Part shown: in pieces, positions 23,529 to 36,855 of the stretch
Position numbering within the stretch: position 1 is the first letter of the stretch
How the letters are laid out: each line of letters opens with the position of its first letter
Origin: Eremomyces bilateralis CBS 781.70
Lineage: Eukaryota
Assembly: GCA_010015585.1 (NCBI GenBank)
Contig: ML975153.1
Length of the DNA stretch: 64,000 bases
Reading direction: 5' to 3' (one strand)
Translations under genes and position numbers: made by a program
Notes under the pieces: generated by a model
Databases searched by the model: none
What the model was told of the DNA's origin: nothing
What the model saw: the letters and a program-made list of their open reading frames with translations, nothing else

Positions 23529-26480
23529 GGCAGCTTGGAGGTTCCGAGACGGCGAAGATCAGAAGGGGAGATTCCCGATGCGGTTAGGGCAGGGAACAGC
23601 GCAACGGCTGCAGACCAGGCCAGGCAATTGGGGGAGAAGGAACTGCAAGGAGTGAATAGGTGTGAGCACTTGGGGTTCGCTTAGAGAGGTAGTGCAGGAG
23701 ATGGCGCAATGGGATCGCAGACCACAGAGCCGCCCGGAGGAGTGTGGAATCGAGGTGTTTGACTTTCGATAGGATGAAAGTTGGAGTCGGGTTTGGAGGT
23801 GGAGGTGGGCGAGTGGCTTGTGAAGAGAAGCACGACTCGGTGGATACCAGTCAGGAAGGAAAAATGGAGACAATCTGGGGTGGGGGAGGAAGAAAGCAAG
23901 ATATGACAAGAGGAAGGCAAGACATGCGGATCGGACACGATTCCTGAACTGACTAACTGAGTAATGAGATATGCAGGTTCTTGTAGAACCGCTGCAGGAC
24001 AATGTCAAGATGCTGGCATGGCTGTCCCTTACTCCTCCGTGCTGTCAGGATGTCAGAATAAGTGAGGGTTGAAGCGTGAAGGTTGTGTCGGATTGGTTGC
24101 TTTACTTCCCGGCCACTCAAGCGAGAAAGAGAGCGGCATGGCGAACAGGGTCCTAAAAGCAGGCGCAGACAGGGATGGAAGGAGCAACCCGTCCAAGCGA
24201 GGGAATCGTTGAAAGCTTGAACTTAATGGTTGTTTCCTTCTTGCTTGAGTTACCGCTAGTTACAGGTACTCCGTATGATACTACTACCACCATTCGTGCT
24301 ACCTTCCTGTCTCTGTTACAGTACGGAGTACATAAGACATTATCCAAACGATCGAATGGTTTTCCTGCCTTCATTACCCCTGGTCCTGGCACAGTGTCAT
24401 ACCAAACAAGATACATGAAGCAGTTCATCCAAGCTTAAACTGCCCCTTTTCCAAAGCCCTATTCATTATTGCATCGTGAGCTTGGACTCGGTGACATATT
24501 GGTGTTTGCTGAACTACTGCAAAGTCTAATAATTGGTCCCTGTCGCTGTCAGTCTGTTACTCTTGATAATCGGTAGTCACTCGGTTGTATCCATATCTTG
24601 TCTCGACATGAATAAGCGATGAACTGGTCAAATTGCCCAAGCCACCGACTCCCTTGAGATTGACCAGTACAGTCAATATTACTCCAGGACTGCGAACCCT
24701 CGTTTTCTCCATTCAGCATATCGTTATTCCGTACGTTCTTCCCAATCTCCAGCATTTCGCCCCAAATCCGAAAACGTGTTTGCCCTCCCCCAGAATCCCA
24801 AATCCCAAATCCCAATCACACGTTCCAACCTCCCCATCTCCGGGGCCCATCCGAGGACTGGCTCTCCTTTTCATGAGTTTCAGCATCCAACTCAGTCCAT
24901 AGCCAATGGTTTCCAACATATTCCTCGGCTGTGCCGGGGATAGATGAAGAGGCTACTCGTCGAACCAGGGAATGGCACTGGAGCACACACCCACGACACT
25001 TTTGGGAACTGGGGGGGGCAGAATGCGGAGACGAGCTTTATCGAGCCCTGTTCCCTACCTCCTTGGCACTTTCGACCACCTGCTTCAGTTAATATGAAGG
25101 TGATGGAGTGTGAAGTCCCACTTGGATGTCCCGCCTTCATCCCGTTGCTTTTTGCTATGTATGCAGATTTGGAGGCAATACGAACGCCAGATAGTCAGAC
25201 GCGTAATATAGTTTGCGGAAGTGATTGGACAATTGATGGTGAAATGCTTTTTCGTATATACGCTGGCGTATCAGGCATATCGAACATCCAAGTAAGGTAC
25301 TTACTTGTTTTGCTAATTTCGGTCCAAAGGAGCATGTCAACTGCCACCCACCTTGCATAAATCCTATTTGACAGCTCATCACGCTGCAAATAGACATCGC
25401 CGCAACGGCTGACATGGCAATCCCGCTGGTTCTGTCCCCGAACAGGGTATATCTTCATCGACTTCTCATATCAACTTGCCGACGGCTTTCGTGGCGCTAT
25501 CAGACCACTTTAGAACTCTTCCATTGTTCAACTGTTTGAGCATCGTACCATAAGGGCGCTAATACTCCATTTAATCTTTTGACATTTCACATTTGGGCTT
25601 CAGAGGACTTGGATTACATGAGTGACAGAGTCCACAGGTCCGTTACTAAACCAGGGATCGGCATAATACGTATATAATAAGTCTCAGTAGATGCATGGGT
25701 CGAATCGTGTACTATTTGTCTATTTCCCCTAACTGGCATGGCATTGTCTGGAGAACCCTCTTGTCCCGGATAACTCAAACATCAACAGCCGGCACGTTCG
25801 TCAATCGGACAGTCACTCCCCATCTGGAGGCCGGCGATGTTTCCGTCCATAGCAAGGATGATCCAAGTGGGCAAACCCTCCGATTCCCCAAGTCCAACCC
25901 CTCCCAACCCCAGACCAGATTCCCGTGTCCAATGGTAAAATAAGAAACTGTCAGATTGATGTTACACCATCCACGGCCACGAGCCAGGTTGCGACTGGAT
26001 AGACGCATAAGCGAAGACCGCATGTGCATGAGGCAAGGATGGATGGGCAGCAAGCGAGACTGCGAGCGGCATGAGTGCATGCTTCACAAGCGAGAATGTC
26101 TTTTGCTAACGGCATCTAATAGGTTAACTAGTTATAGGTAATTACCTGTACTGGGACTTCTAGGAGGAGAATACGCGTCGGATGCGTTGTTCGCTTGTGA
26201 AACGTTCATCGCCTCAAAAGGCAGCCTGGATCAGCCAGTTTGCCGGTACACTAACAAGTTAGCAACTATATCCATATGCAGAGGTGCCGATGAGTTGACT
26301 ACGATCGTGACATCCGCTTCCTTTCTATCCTAGGGGCGATATCAAGTTCTTCATGCGATGGATGGATTACCAGACTTCTCATCAGCGTGGTCCATTACTC
26401 GAGAATCTGTTTCAGCTAATTAGGGAGGTATTCTAACGGCGATCGCAGACCGAATCGTTAGACCACTATGGGGGGAGAAC

Positions 26481-26518
26481 ACAGGTGCCAGCAGGGTGCC
26501 AGCAGGGTGCCAGCAGGT
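26481..26518. repeat. Tandem 11-bp repeat (GGTGCCAGCAG)x3
   Basis: Read directly: caggtgccagcagggtgccagcagggtgccagcaggt. Confidence 0.8.
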
Positions 26519-26766
26519 AAATACACATATCCAGCGAGCGGAGGCTGCATACGAGCTCCAGTATAGACAACCGCCTTTAGAAGTCCGCTACTCGGTAGTA
26601 AAGACAATAAACCCTCCTTTTCATATGACAATATGTCTTCTGCCTCTCCATCATCGCGATCCGCATCGCCGACGTCCAACCTCATTACCTCAACCACCTC
26701 AACCGCCTCAACATCTATGCGAAAATTTCCGCGAACTAAGCCCTGTCCCGTACTGATGTAGCCCGT

Positions 26767-27037
26767 GTCTCAGCCCCCTCTCGATTCGCGAGCCGCCCGG
26801 CAACGGATTACGGAACGAGCAACTTACCGAAAGCCACCACGGACCACCGTCGAGGAAAGTCGAAATCGCTTATCATCCCCACCCAGGTTTCATGTGTAGC
26901 AAAAGGGCGGACGAATGCCATGCTCTGGGCACGCGTTAGCCCAGGCGGCCGTCGGGTCGTCTGGCGTGGGTTTCTCGGTAAGCTGTTTCGTCCCGCCGTT
27001 AGCGTGAGTTAGCGAGGCGCGAGAGAGATGGTGAGAT
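26767..27037. ncRNA. Candidate long hairpin RNA (unassigned)
   Basis: Co-linear nested helices: GTCTCA/TGAGAT, CTCTCG/CGAGAG, AACGG/CCGTT, CGGAACGA/TCGTCCCG, CTTACCGA/TCGGTAAG, AAGCC/GGTTT. Internal stem CTGGGC/GCCCAG. Confidence 0.4.
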
Positions 27038-28040
27038 CGGACCCGAAGACAAGCGAGCAGTCGAGCAGGCTGTCACGAAGAAAACGCTAAAGGCGCAGAA
27101 GAACTGGGGAACTCGTTAGGAGACAACAGGGAAAATGGAGAATGGAAAAGGAGAGAGAGCCGATCCGGGACATGGATGGTTGGCGCAGGAAGATCCTGGG
27201 ATGATTGGCTCGCTTGCTCGGGTACCTTTTTCATGTGTCCGAGTTGGAAGATGGTGTCGTTTTTGATATTAGGGATCGTGACGCCATCCGAGGAGTTCAG
27301 AGGAGCGAGATTGATGAGATCGAAAGGATCACATGTAGGCTTGTAGAAGTAAGGTCACGGTTAGCTCGGTGGGATGGAAAGGATGCATTCCGGATTCTCC
27401 GCTTGGAATCATGAACCTACGGTCACTTCACGGCAGATATCCAGGTTCATAATGTTCATGTGCGTGTTCGGGAATAAAGAAGGGGGGAATCTGACGTTCC
27501 GAGACACTAGGATCAAGAAAGTCCGCTGGCATCTGAGGAATCAGGATATGATGCTCAAAATAATCAGGCAATGTAGGTGAGATTGGATACTATTCAAGTC
27601 CTTAGATACGAGGAAGGGACTACTGGTACTCTGTAGTGAGCCTGGAATCTGGAATATTGTCGAGGGCGCTGTGGGAGTACAGATTCCAGTATCTGTTGCA
27701 CAGTCCCCAATTTTTCTCCCTGTTGATGGCCTCGCACGATCGGAACATTCCATAGAGCCTGACATATCAAATCGGAAGTTGAACCTTGAATGTTGAGCGC
27801 ATATCGAATATCTTCGACCATATATCCCAGCAGGTAAAGCAAGGAGAATGTTGCACGAGACTCCGCCATGCATCGCCTTACGGATGAAGAACTTAGCACC
27901 CCGAGCATCGCACAGGAGCATACCTCCCAACAATTCAGTAGCGGACAGGTGGTCGCCTTTCGACCGCCGTGATGCGGTATAAATCCGCCACGACTGCACT
28001 GTAGAAAACCCAATCCCGATTGGGCTGATCGACTCCGGGT

Positions 28041-29294
28041 TCATGGCTCGTCCCTCTCCGCCAGCTCCAGCTGCGCCCTCAATGAATCTGCTCTCGACGA
28101 ATCCACCAACGGCTCCTCTCCCATATCGCGCCGCATCCCGTTCAGGATCTCCCGCATCTTCGGATCGTTCAGCTTCCCTTTCCGCCGCAACTTGTGCTCA
28201 CAGTAATCCAGGTCCTTCTCCATGGCCCGATCCATCAACGCGTCGTTAACGGCCCATTCGTGCTTGCGCTGCAGCAGCATCTGATCCACGTCCTCTTTCA
28301 GCCCTTCGCCGATGTCTTTCGCCCAGTCCAGCTGCTTCTTCAGTAATCGGTACAGCTCGGGTGGAGGGAGCGCCTTCTCTTCGGGAGTAAATTCGATGTC
28401 CTTGGGGAATTCAATGGAATAGTCGAGACCACCCCCAGGGATAGGGGGACCGTAGACAATGTTGTTGTTGTCATCGGCGACGTCGACGGCGCCGAGATGT
28501 GCTGGTGACGCGGGGGTTGAGCGGTCGGCGCCGTTGGAGCCTTTCATGAACAAGCGAATCCGCTGGACTTGTTTCGCCGGGTGGGTAGGTGGCTGCTTTG
28601 GGATAGGGTCGCTTGGTCGCAATGATTCCGTCTCATGGACCGTCCGCATATGTTTCGCCAACGCGTCTGACCGTGTAAATGCCCGATCGCACTCTAAATA
28701 TGATGAGGTTAGCCATCAGTTTTAGTATCTATATCGCGCGAAGTATTGCATACCTGGCAGCGTGCAGTAGAACGGCTTTTCTCTCGTGTGACTCCTCATA
28801 TGCGCTCGAAGCGCATACGCACTAGCATGCGTGATCCCTTTCCTCGGACAATCGGCCCATTCGCATGAATACTTCTTCTGCTTCGCCTGGATATGATCAT
28901 TATGGATGTGTCTGACCAGATTATCCATGTTCCCCAGATCTCCCGCCGGACATCCGTCCCACTTGCACATCGTGACTTGCTCCAGCGGGATTGCATCGTC
29001 GTCTCGATCCGGCGCGACGGCGGAGGCAGAACCGCCCGCTCCGTAATGCATGGGAGATCCAGGGACGCTCCCATCGCTGTCCTCAGAGATTTCGAGCTCG
29101 TCGATCTCGAAGTTCTGCCCGGCTTCGAACGATGGGCCGGTGGTCTTCTGTCGTTTCGCGGGTCGCGCGACGTCCTGGTCAGGTTCGTGCTCCAGCTCGA
29201 CGGAGGGGGACCGTTCGTCGCTTTTCATATCTTCGGCAAATTCGTCGTCGGAGTGGTCGGAAAGAGGCGAACCGGGTGAGTCCATGTTTGCCAT
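28041..29294 (-). CDS. C2H2 zinc-finger protein, INO80 subunit Iec1-like
   Basis: Three fingers: CKWDGC..LVRHIHNDH, CEWADC..ALRAHMRSHTREKPF, CTLP|ECDRAFTRSDALAKHMRTVH. Intron about 28694-28752. Confidence 0.85.
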
Positions 29295-30163
29295 GATAGA
29301 GAGTGTGGCAGTGAATGACGAAAGAGTGGGCGCTGATGGGAAGCAACGAATAGCTCAGGTGGCTCTCTAGAGGAATGAAGGGTCTAGGTTGGATTTGTGT
29401 ATCCTCCAAGATACTCAGTAACCAATGGAGTCGTATATACACTCCAGGCCGACCAATATATGGGAGAGAGTGGATGATTCAGGTCTATTTTCGATAGTAC
29501 ATGATGCGCGAAGAGGTTCCAACTTCCCAGGAGATGGATGCGCGTGTGGACGACGTCTCTGTCAGCCTGAAGCTTTAAGGCATCGATATTTCTGCCTCGC
29601 CAAATGGACTGGACCTGGACTACAAAAGGCTCGAGGTCAGCATCAAATTTTACTTATTCCTATATTCCCACAACATCAACATGAGAGCCGATATTGATTC
29701 CGAAAGAATGTCACTATCAGTCCAAATTCTGCCTTGAGTTTAAAGGGAGAAGACACTTTTCTTCTCCCTGTACTGGTTGTCTCTTTTCCACACTCTGGAT
29801 GCTATGGATGTGCCAGCCTTCGAAACTAACCAGCAGGGAACGGATCTAATGTACGAGATATTAGAATCATTTAATGCTTACTCGTGAAGCTCTTACTGAA
29901 TGCGTTGGACAGATCTGGATGGTTGCCGTTGGATTAAGGTAAGCATATTCGCACTTCCTAACATCACCATCCTACCATGATGACCAAAGAATTCTGCAAT
30001 ACCAACGGTTCACTTGTTGAACCGAATGCGGACTCAAATTTCTACACTTGATCTGAATCTTCCTTCCAAGATGTCTTGCACAACTATATAACGTACATTG
30101 TCCAAGACGCAGCTGACCGGAACATTCTAGTAAACCGCTACCGCCTCATCGAGTTCCCAAAGT

Positions 30164-31265
30164 CTAGCCATTCATCAGTGCCGCTCCAAATCCACCGTAT
30201 CGGCCGCCTGCAGGAACGAAGTTCTTCAAAAGCTCGTCGATTGCGGCCAAGTCTTCCTCCGTCAACGTCACGGCCGTCGTGTTCTCCGCAACCCTCGCCT
30301 CCGTGGTGGCACCGGGGATGGGGATGATGGTGGGCAGACCATTCCGTCCGCTCTGAGCTAATACCCAACCGATGGCGACCTGGCTGATCGCGCAGTTTTT
30401 CCTCTTTGCAATCTCTTCTACCTCTCGCACTAACTTCATGTTGGCAGGGAAGTTCTCCTCGGAGAAGCGAGGGAAGGTCTCCCTGAGGAAGGGCTTAACG
30501 TCATCATAGGTTTTTAGCTGTCCCGTCTGTGGATGTGTCAGCTCTACGTGCCCATAGCCACAGCGTGTCCCGATAACGTACCAAGAAGCCTCTGCTGAGA
30601 GGTGAGTAAGCCACAATCGGAATTCCCAACCCCGCGCAGGTTTCGGCAATTCCATTTGATAGGATATCCAGCGAGAACAAGCTGAACTCCACCTCAACAC
30701 AATCGATCTTGCAAATCTTTGCGGCGCGGCGTATCGTATCCGCGCTCACCTCACTCAAGCTCAGCCCGCCAACCTTCCCAGCGTCGATATACCTCTTGAT
30801 CTCCCCTACCGAGACCTCCACCGGCACATTGGGGTCAACACGCCCGCACTCAAAGATATCCAACTTGCATTTGCCGTCGAATACCTTCAGGCACTCCTCA
30901 ATACTTCGGCTTACGTTGGCGGGAGATCCGTCCAAGGCCATCTGGCCAGGCTTAAGTCCACCCTTGATGCCAATGACGACCTTAGAGGCGTCTTCCGGGT
31001 ATTTCGTGAAGTAGGCGTTGAGGAGGTGGAGGGAGTTCCGCTCAGGCGTGCCATAGAGCTCGCCTCCGTTCCAGAGATTTGCCCCGCGTGCCAGGGCCGC
31101 ACGCATTGTTTTGATGGACTCCTCGAATGGTTGGGATTCCGGGCGCCAAGTCATGCCTATTGTATGTCAGTAAGAAGAACAATTGAGGGCAATCCACGAA
31201 GTAGACAACTAACCCATCAACCCAAAGCCAATCGGCCCAACATTTCTTCCTGCCACTTGGACCAT
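30164..31265 (-). CDS. Aldo-keto reductase, pyridoxal reductase-like
   Basis: MVQVAGRNVGPIGFGLM|GMTWRP, WNGGELYG, GLSLSEV, AYSPLSRGFL, IPIPGATT. Two introns. Confidence 0.9.
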
Positions 31266-34200
31266 GATGACAAGTCTTTTAACAATATTCGTATGGCACG
31301 TAGTTAAATGAAGATATTAACTGGCTTTAGGAATGAATAGAAGTATGTTGACTCTTCTTTCGAATTTTCGCGCGCAGTCGTGGAATTTATATCTTGAGAC
31401 GAAATAGAGCAAAGGCTTCCGGCCTTCGGAGGCGGTGTTGACAAGAAGACATGGCCTTAAGCGGAAACGGACTTGCCTTTGTTGGCTAACTTAAATCCGG
31501 AGCGATTGTTCGGTCGAACTCTCAACTGGAGCTAACAGAATCTATACAAATTACTCCCGTTTCCTTATATCCACCCCGCTGCATGTACTCGGAGACGGAC
31601 TTCTAGATATCCTCGTTCATTAGCGTCTTGTACCGTTCCTTCGATTACTTAATTACATGTAAGTTAGTGAAGGAAATTATAAGTTACCTAATAATAATAA
31701 GTTCCGAATTTACCCAAAGCTACTCCGTGCTTCTAACCGGAATGGTCCGATTGGCCGTTCTCGGTTTACGAAATTTGCTGTCATATACTCATATCACATG
31801 GTGATTAAGTATGGTAATCGAAGGAATATGCGAAACTATTTCAGAAAGCGTGTAAGCCCCCGCCCGCATTTGGGAGGGGGCGGAGATAAGGCAATCGAGA
31901 GTACCCGTTATTATCTACCCCCTATTTGGACCGTTGTCTTCAGCGGAAATAGTCTTTGGGGGGAACAGAATCTCTACAAGCCTACGGAATGTCGATATCT
32001 GCTGTGCTAGATGCAAATGCGTAATTGATTCATGGGTGCATCGGACATAGCGAACATATCCATGTCCGCCCATACCCATTCCCCTTCCTATCGTGAAGCA
32101 GATCGCGACGGAGATATCGTTCAATTAGAGTAGCTTAGCCGTTGCACTCATTGCAGTGCTGTGATCTAAATTATCACTTGCTTTAATCGAACCACATTGT
32201 CTCCCTTCAACCGTATATCGACAGAATGACTCGCAATTGGCGATGACATAGCAGGAGTCGTGGAATATGACGTTCATTGCAGGTCATAAAACTCCAGCCT
32301 CTGGAGAAACGAAGTACAGTCGTCAATCAGCAAAGTTCATGCATGTGGGATTCAGTCATCTGGTGTAGAGCCCAATCGTGCACTACAGCACAACATGAGA
32401 AGGGTATTAATATCGTATGTTTACCTTTGAGGAATGGAATAATCTCGATCATTATCACAGCAATGAGCGACCCAGGACCGACCAGCGAAGCAGAGGCGGA
32501 TATACCACAACTAGGTACGGATACCTATCCTCCCCGAAGCCATTGGCGGGTGAGACTGCTGCAGAGGATATATCGATTGCTACGCAGCTACGGCTCTGAA
32601 GTATAGACCTCGAGCAGGCCCTGCTCTAGTTCCGGCCGATAAACACTTCCGAAAGTAGGCATAGGATGGGCACCCATGTTCTTCACTCTTTTCTTCCATC
32701 GTCTCCGATTAGTCGCTTTCAAACGTCCATGCGAATTATGGTCCTGGGCGACCCCGCCTCCGTCAATTCCATGGTTCAACCTCTCGTCGGTGGGAATGGG
32801 ATAATGCATGGTATCGGCGAAAAGCCATTGACGCGTCCGCCATTCTCATCCCTTGCCGTGTAGAAAGCTAAGACATCAGACTGACGGTCTATGTTTCATT
32901 GGCGCCAGACCCCATATCGCGATCCGCGAGTGTCAACGATCTTACAATCACGAACACCGAGACGGAGGGCGGCCCCCTCCTCATCGAGCACTTTGTGATG
33001 CAGCTGCACGCACAAGTGTCTAGATGTGTATCAGGATACCTTGTTGGGTATATTGACGACCTGTAAATGGCTCAGCGTATATCTTAAATCACCAGTCCGC
33101 TATGTTGTTGAAATCCATGGTTTCAGCGCTTTCAATGTGTTGCCGGAAGATGAAATGAGCTGAGGCCGAACGAGCTCGGAGAATTATAGAGAACGAGTAC
33201 CAGGAAAAAGGATTTCCGCAGGCAGATCCGCCTAGTTCAAGGCCAGTTTTATCTTCCCAACAAATTCTAGCATGTTTTCTACTATGTACATACATAGTAG
33301 TAGCCTGTGTTGGAGGTAAAGCCAGAGCAGGTTCGGCTGGCCGAGGAGTGGGGATAGTGATTTAGGAAGAAGTCGAGAAGCCTTCATCGTCATTCGAAGA
33401 GCGGCCAAGAAATATTGCCCGATTTGTCCTCATTCAGTGCATAGGCACAGTAAGCAACCCCAATAATAACTCCACACATCCTGTAGTGACCTAGCTCCTT
33501 GAATTACTACACTGCAGCAATATGTAGCACAAGCCAACCCTCGGAATCCAGGTCTTCTTCAAGAAATGGGCATGCGACAATGACCATGTTATCGGGCATG
33601 GAGGTTCGCGACTGCGTTCTGGTGGCGTCCCCAAGTGAGACTATTTCCTGCGACACTTTAGGTCGCATGCCCAAAACATGGCGACTTGGAGCATATTCGC
33701 GAGACCGGAAAAATCCGGCATGAATTCGATGTAGACAGGCTTGGGAATTACAGGGCGGACAGAATGCCGAATGAGTGAATAGCAAAGGAACGAAAACATC
33801 GACAGTAACCATTGCACAGCTTTAAATAAAAGATATGTTCAAATAGCGTGGAACGAGGTTCAGTCGGACGAGGAGTCCTATCGAACCCGTGCGGCATGGA
33901 AGAAATAATCGAACCCTCATTAATAGGAAGAATTTCTTGAGCTCATGCATTGTGTACCTGCTGTACGAGGAGAACTGATCGGATTCTGCAGTGCAGCATC
34001 GAAAGCGTAGCTATTGGATTACGATAACAGAAACCGTTCCTGCGCCTTTGCGACAGCACTAGCATATAGTCGCAGTAGCACGAAAGTGTCAACGATAATA
34101 AGAAGGCGAACAAAGAACATGGTAAGGAACGGGGTCAGACTTGAAGCGATCGAATGGCATGAAGGAAAAGCAAGGCAGATGGCGTGTCTGAGGTTGAAGT

Positions 34201-35762
34201 AGGGCTTGTCTCAGGAACACATTTCGGGATAGCCGCGCTCCGCACTTTTTACTCTCAACCCCCCAACCTCATCTTATTTCGCAGTCAGCCCCTCATCCTC
34301 CAGGAACTAACACGAACCGTCTCATATCCCGAATACCTGCTCCTGTATCATCGTTAGAGTTGCGCTGTATTCACCAAGCAGTTCGTTCCCAACACCCTGT
34401 CAGCCGCGCTTCGCCTGAACTTGGCCACAACATCGCTTGACGCACTCGAGGCAACAGCAGTAGCAGCCTCCCTCCGTCGCCTATGTCGCTTGTCTCAACC
34501 CTTTGTTCTGTAACACCCGCTTGGACGCCATTCTTCCTTTCTCGGTCAAGAATGCCGCGTCGTTGCAAAACACGGCATCCGTAGAATGGAAGAATTTGCT
34601 GCCTACCACAAGGGAAAGGAAGAACTTGCGCACTAATCCCGACACAGGTATTGCGACCGGTTTCCAAAGGGAGGGAGAAACATTGGATGTCTGTGATGAC
34701 ACAGGCTTGCCCTCCTAACCTCCTGGCAAATGTTAGAGACATACCAAAGTCCTGGTGTTCGGTTGCGTGGATGTTAATATATCTACTCTCGCCGTCCGCC
34801 TATCTGCCCATCCTTCACCCCATTTTCCGGCCCTGAACCATTTTGGCTCGTCGCTCTCTGTGTTATGTTTTGGACCTTTTTATATACCACAAGCTAATTC
34901 CTGTTAATTGATTCCTACATCATACCTATCCTACTCTCGTTAGCACCAATCCTAAACGAAAGTCGATCCTGCTCATCGGGTGACCTCATTTGCGCTTGCA
35001 GGATCCCCAGGCTGGGATCAGATCATTACCTCATTACCCAGCCGTGCAGCAGGGCGATCATCCTCGACGGGACAATTAATTAATCTGCTTCGAAGTCAGA
35101 AAGTTCCGACTTCATCCTCTCGTTGGCCCTGGCCCTCCTCTCCATTGGGTGAACCATCGGACCTTGTAATCAGGTGCCGTATCTCAATCTACCCGGTGCG
35201 CGACCTGGACAACGCTGCGTGTTTCCTTCAAACATCCAAGACTCGGTAAAATAGATCATCGTGGTGCAATTCGTTGCAAGACAGCCGTGATACCTAAGAA
35301 TTCCAGTGCGACTGAGATCTACGCCAGTCTCCGCGAGCGTTCGGACGAGGAAGCTCGCCTTGATCGTCGAGAACATCAACCGCTGCTTCACAACCTCTCG
35401 ATCCTTCCATTGCGATTCTCGAATAATAAGACTAGGACTCGCCTAGTTTATTTATTTGAAGATCCGGGTAATCTGGGTTGTTGGAATATTCTGAAAAAGA
35501 CATTGGAGTTGCCTGCTATTCCCAGTTTGGTGGTTCCCGCTCCCCCTGGACATTAAAGATATATTGCAAACTACATGTCCTTTTCATTCCACAGTTGAAC
35601 TCAACTGTTTGCAGGAACAAAATCTCACTTTCCGCTCGTTTTCATTTGATTCATCTCTACATCTCTTTCTTAAGAGAGTTTGGGGTTTTCCAGTCTTCGA
35701 AGTTTCCATCTTCTTATTCGGACTCCGTGGACGTCGATCACCCATCCAATCGAACCACCACG

Positions 35763-36386
35763 ATGCGATCTCCATTGTCCCATCCGCTCCGCCGTCTTCG
35801 AACGGCATTCTCCCCTTCACCATCCCACCGCCGCCGCCAAACGGCCTCCCCAGACCCCGTTCGCCACTCCCCCACCTCCTCATCCTCTCCGCTCTCACAC
35901 CCGGGGAGCTCTTCCCCCTCGACCAGTTCCCTCGATATATATCATGATGGCCCACCCCGTCATCCGTCCGCCTCGCACAACATCAACACGATAAACGGCA
36001 CCACAGCCCACCCCTTACCAGTTCCAACCTCCGCGAAAGCCCGCGCAATCCTCCCACCGAGTACCCCCACGGATCTAAGCATGAGTCCAACCGACACCGT
36101 CTCCAACGCATCCTTCTCTCCGGCATCGGCCGTGTCTGTCAGCTCGTTCTCCCCGTCCTCTGCATTTGCGTCGGGCGGATTCCACGTCTCGCAGGGCGCG
36201 AAGTACGCGTCCCATCGGTTGCGGGGGATGCTCGCCATCCGGAGGCAACCTAGCGGTCTGGATCTGGAGCTAGAGGAGGAGAAGAGGGATTTCGGGGGGG
36301 TTTTGGAGAGGGTGATAGAGCCCCGGCCGGATGTGGGGACGAGAGTGGTGGCTGGGTGGGAGATGGTTTTGGAAGGCAAGGCATGA
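35763..36386 (+). CDS. Ser/Pro-rich fungal hypothetical protein
   Basis: Uninterrupted ORF from ATG 35763. Disordered N-terminus and compact C-terminus (RRQPSGLDLELEEEK..IEPRP..GWEMVLEGK). Confidence 0.65.
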   Translation: MRSPLSHPLRRLRTAFSPSPSHRRRQTASPDPVRHSPTSSSSPLSHPGSSSPSTSSLDIYHDGPPRHPSASHNINTINGTTAHPLPVPTSAKARAILPPSTPTDLSMSPTDTVSNASFSPASAVSVSSFSPSSAFASGGFHVSQGAKYASHRLRGMLAIRRQPSGLDLELEEEKRDFGGVLERVIEPRPDVGTRVVAGWEMVLEGKA

Positions 36387-36855
36387 GTGTCGAACTTGAA
36401 GACGGACTTGATCTTTTCTCCGACCAATTGGTGGGGTGGCTCTGATGAGTGATTTGCGCTTACACGGGAGGCATAAATGGTTGGGCTTAATTGGACCGGA
36501 TAGGTCTTTTCTTAAGAGCAGGGCGGCGCACGGCAGCTGTTTCATTATGATGGTCGATGAGTTATGAGAACTCACCTACCTCGACTTCAATTCGGTTGAT
36601 CGCAGGTTCAACGGTTCATATCCGGTTAAGGGATGGGATTCTGGCGTTCTCCGGGAATGAGCCACGATCTCCTCAGATCACGACTTTTAATGACCATTCT
36701 ACTTCTAGGCCATTGCCGCTTGCAAGGTCATTTTGTGCTTTTACTTTCGATACCAAGCAAACAGACTGGACGAGTAGATACCAAACGAATTTCAACTATC
36801 TCTTTCACAACTGCTAGACTTAACATGCTATTTCTGATGACTGACCCAGGTGTTC

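Noticed and set aside
26740..27040. Hairpin as SRP RNA, U3, RNase P/MRP (GAGGAAAGTC) or TPP riboswitch (GGGGGCTGAGA on minus strand)
   Set aside because: Only isolated motif fragments are present. There is no SRP helix-8 GNRA loop, no P4 partner, no ordered U3 boxes and no downstream TPP core.
23529..28040. Telomerase RNA in the long intergenic region
   Set aside because: No TAACCCTAA-type template was seen on either strand.
27541..28044. 167-aa minus-strand ORF abutting the Iec1-like stop
   Set aside because: No recognisable features; probably 3' UTR.
33771..34202. Possible RIP-inactivated ORF (all stops TAA/TAG)
   Set aside because: Stop density is about that expected by chance and no domain is recognisable.
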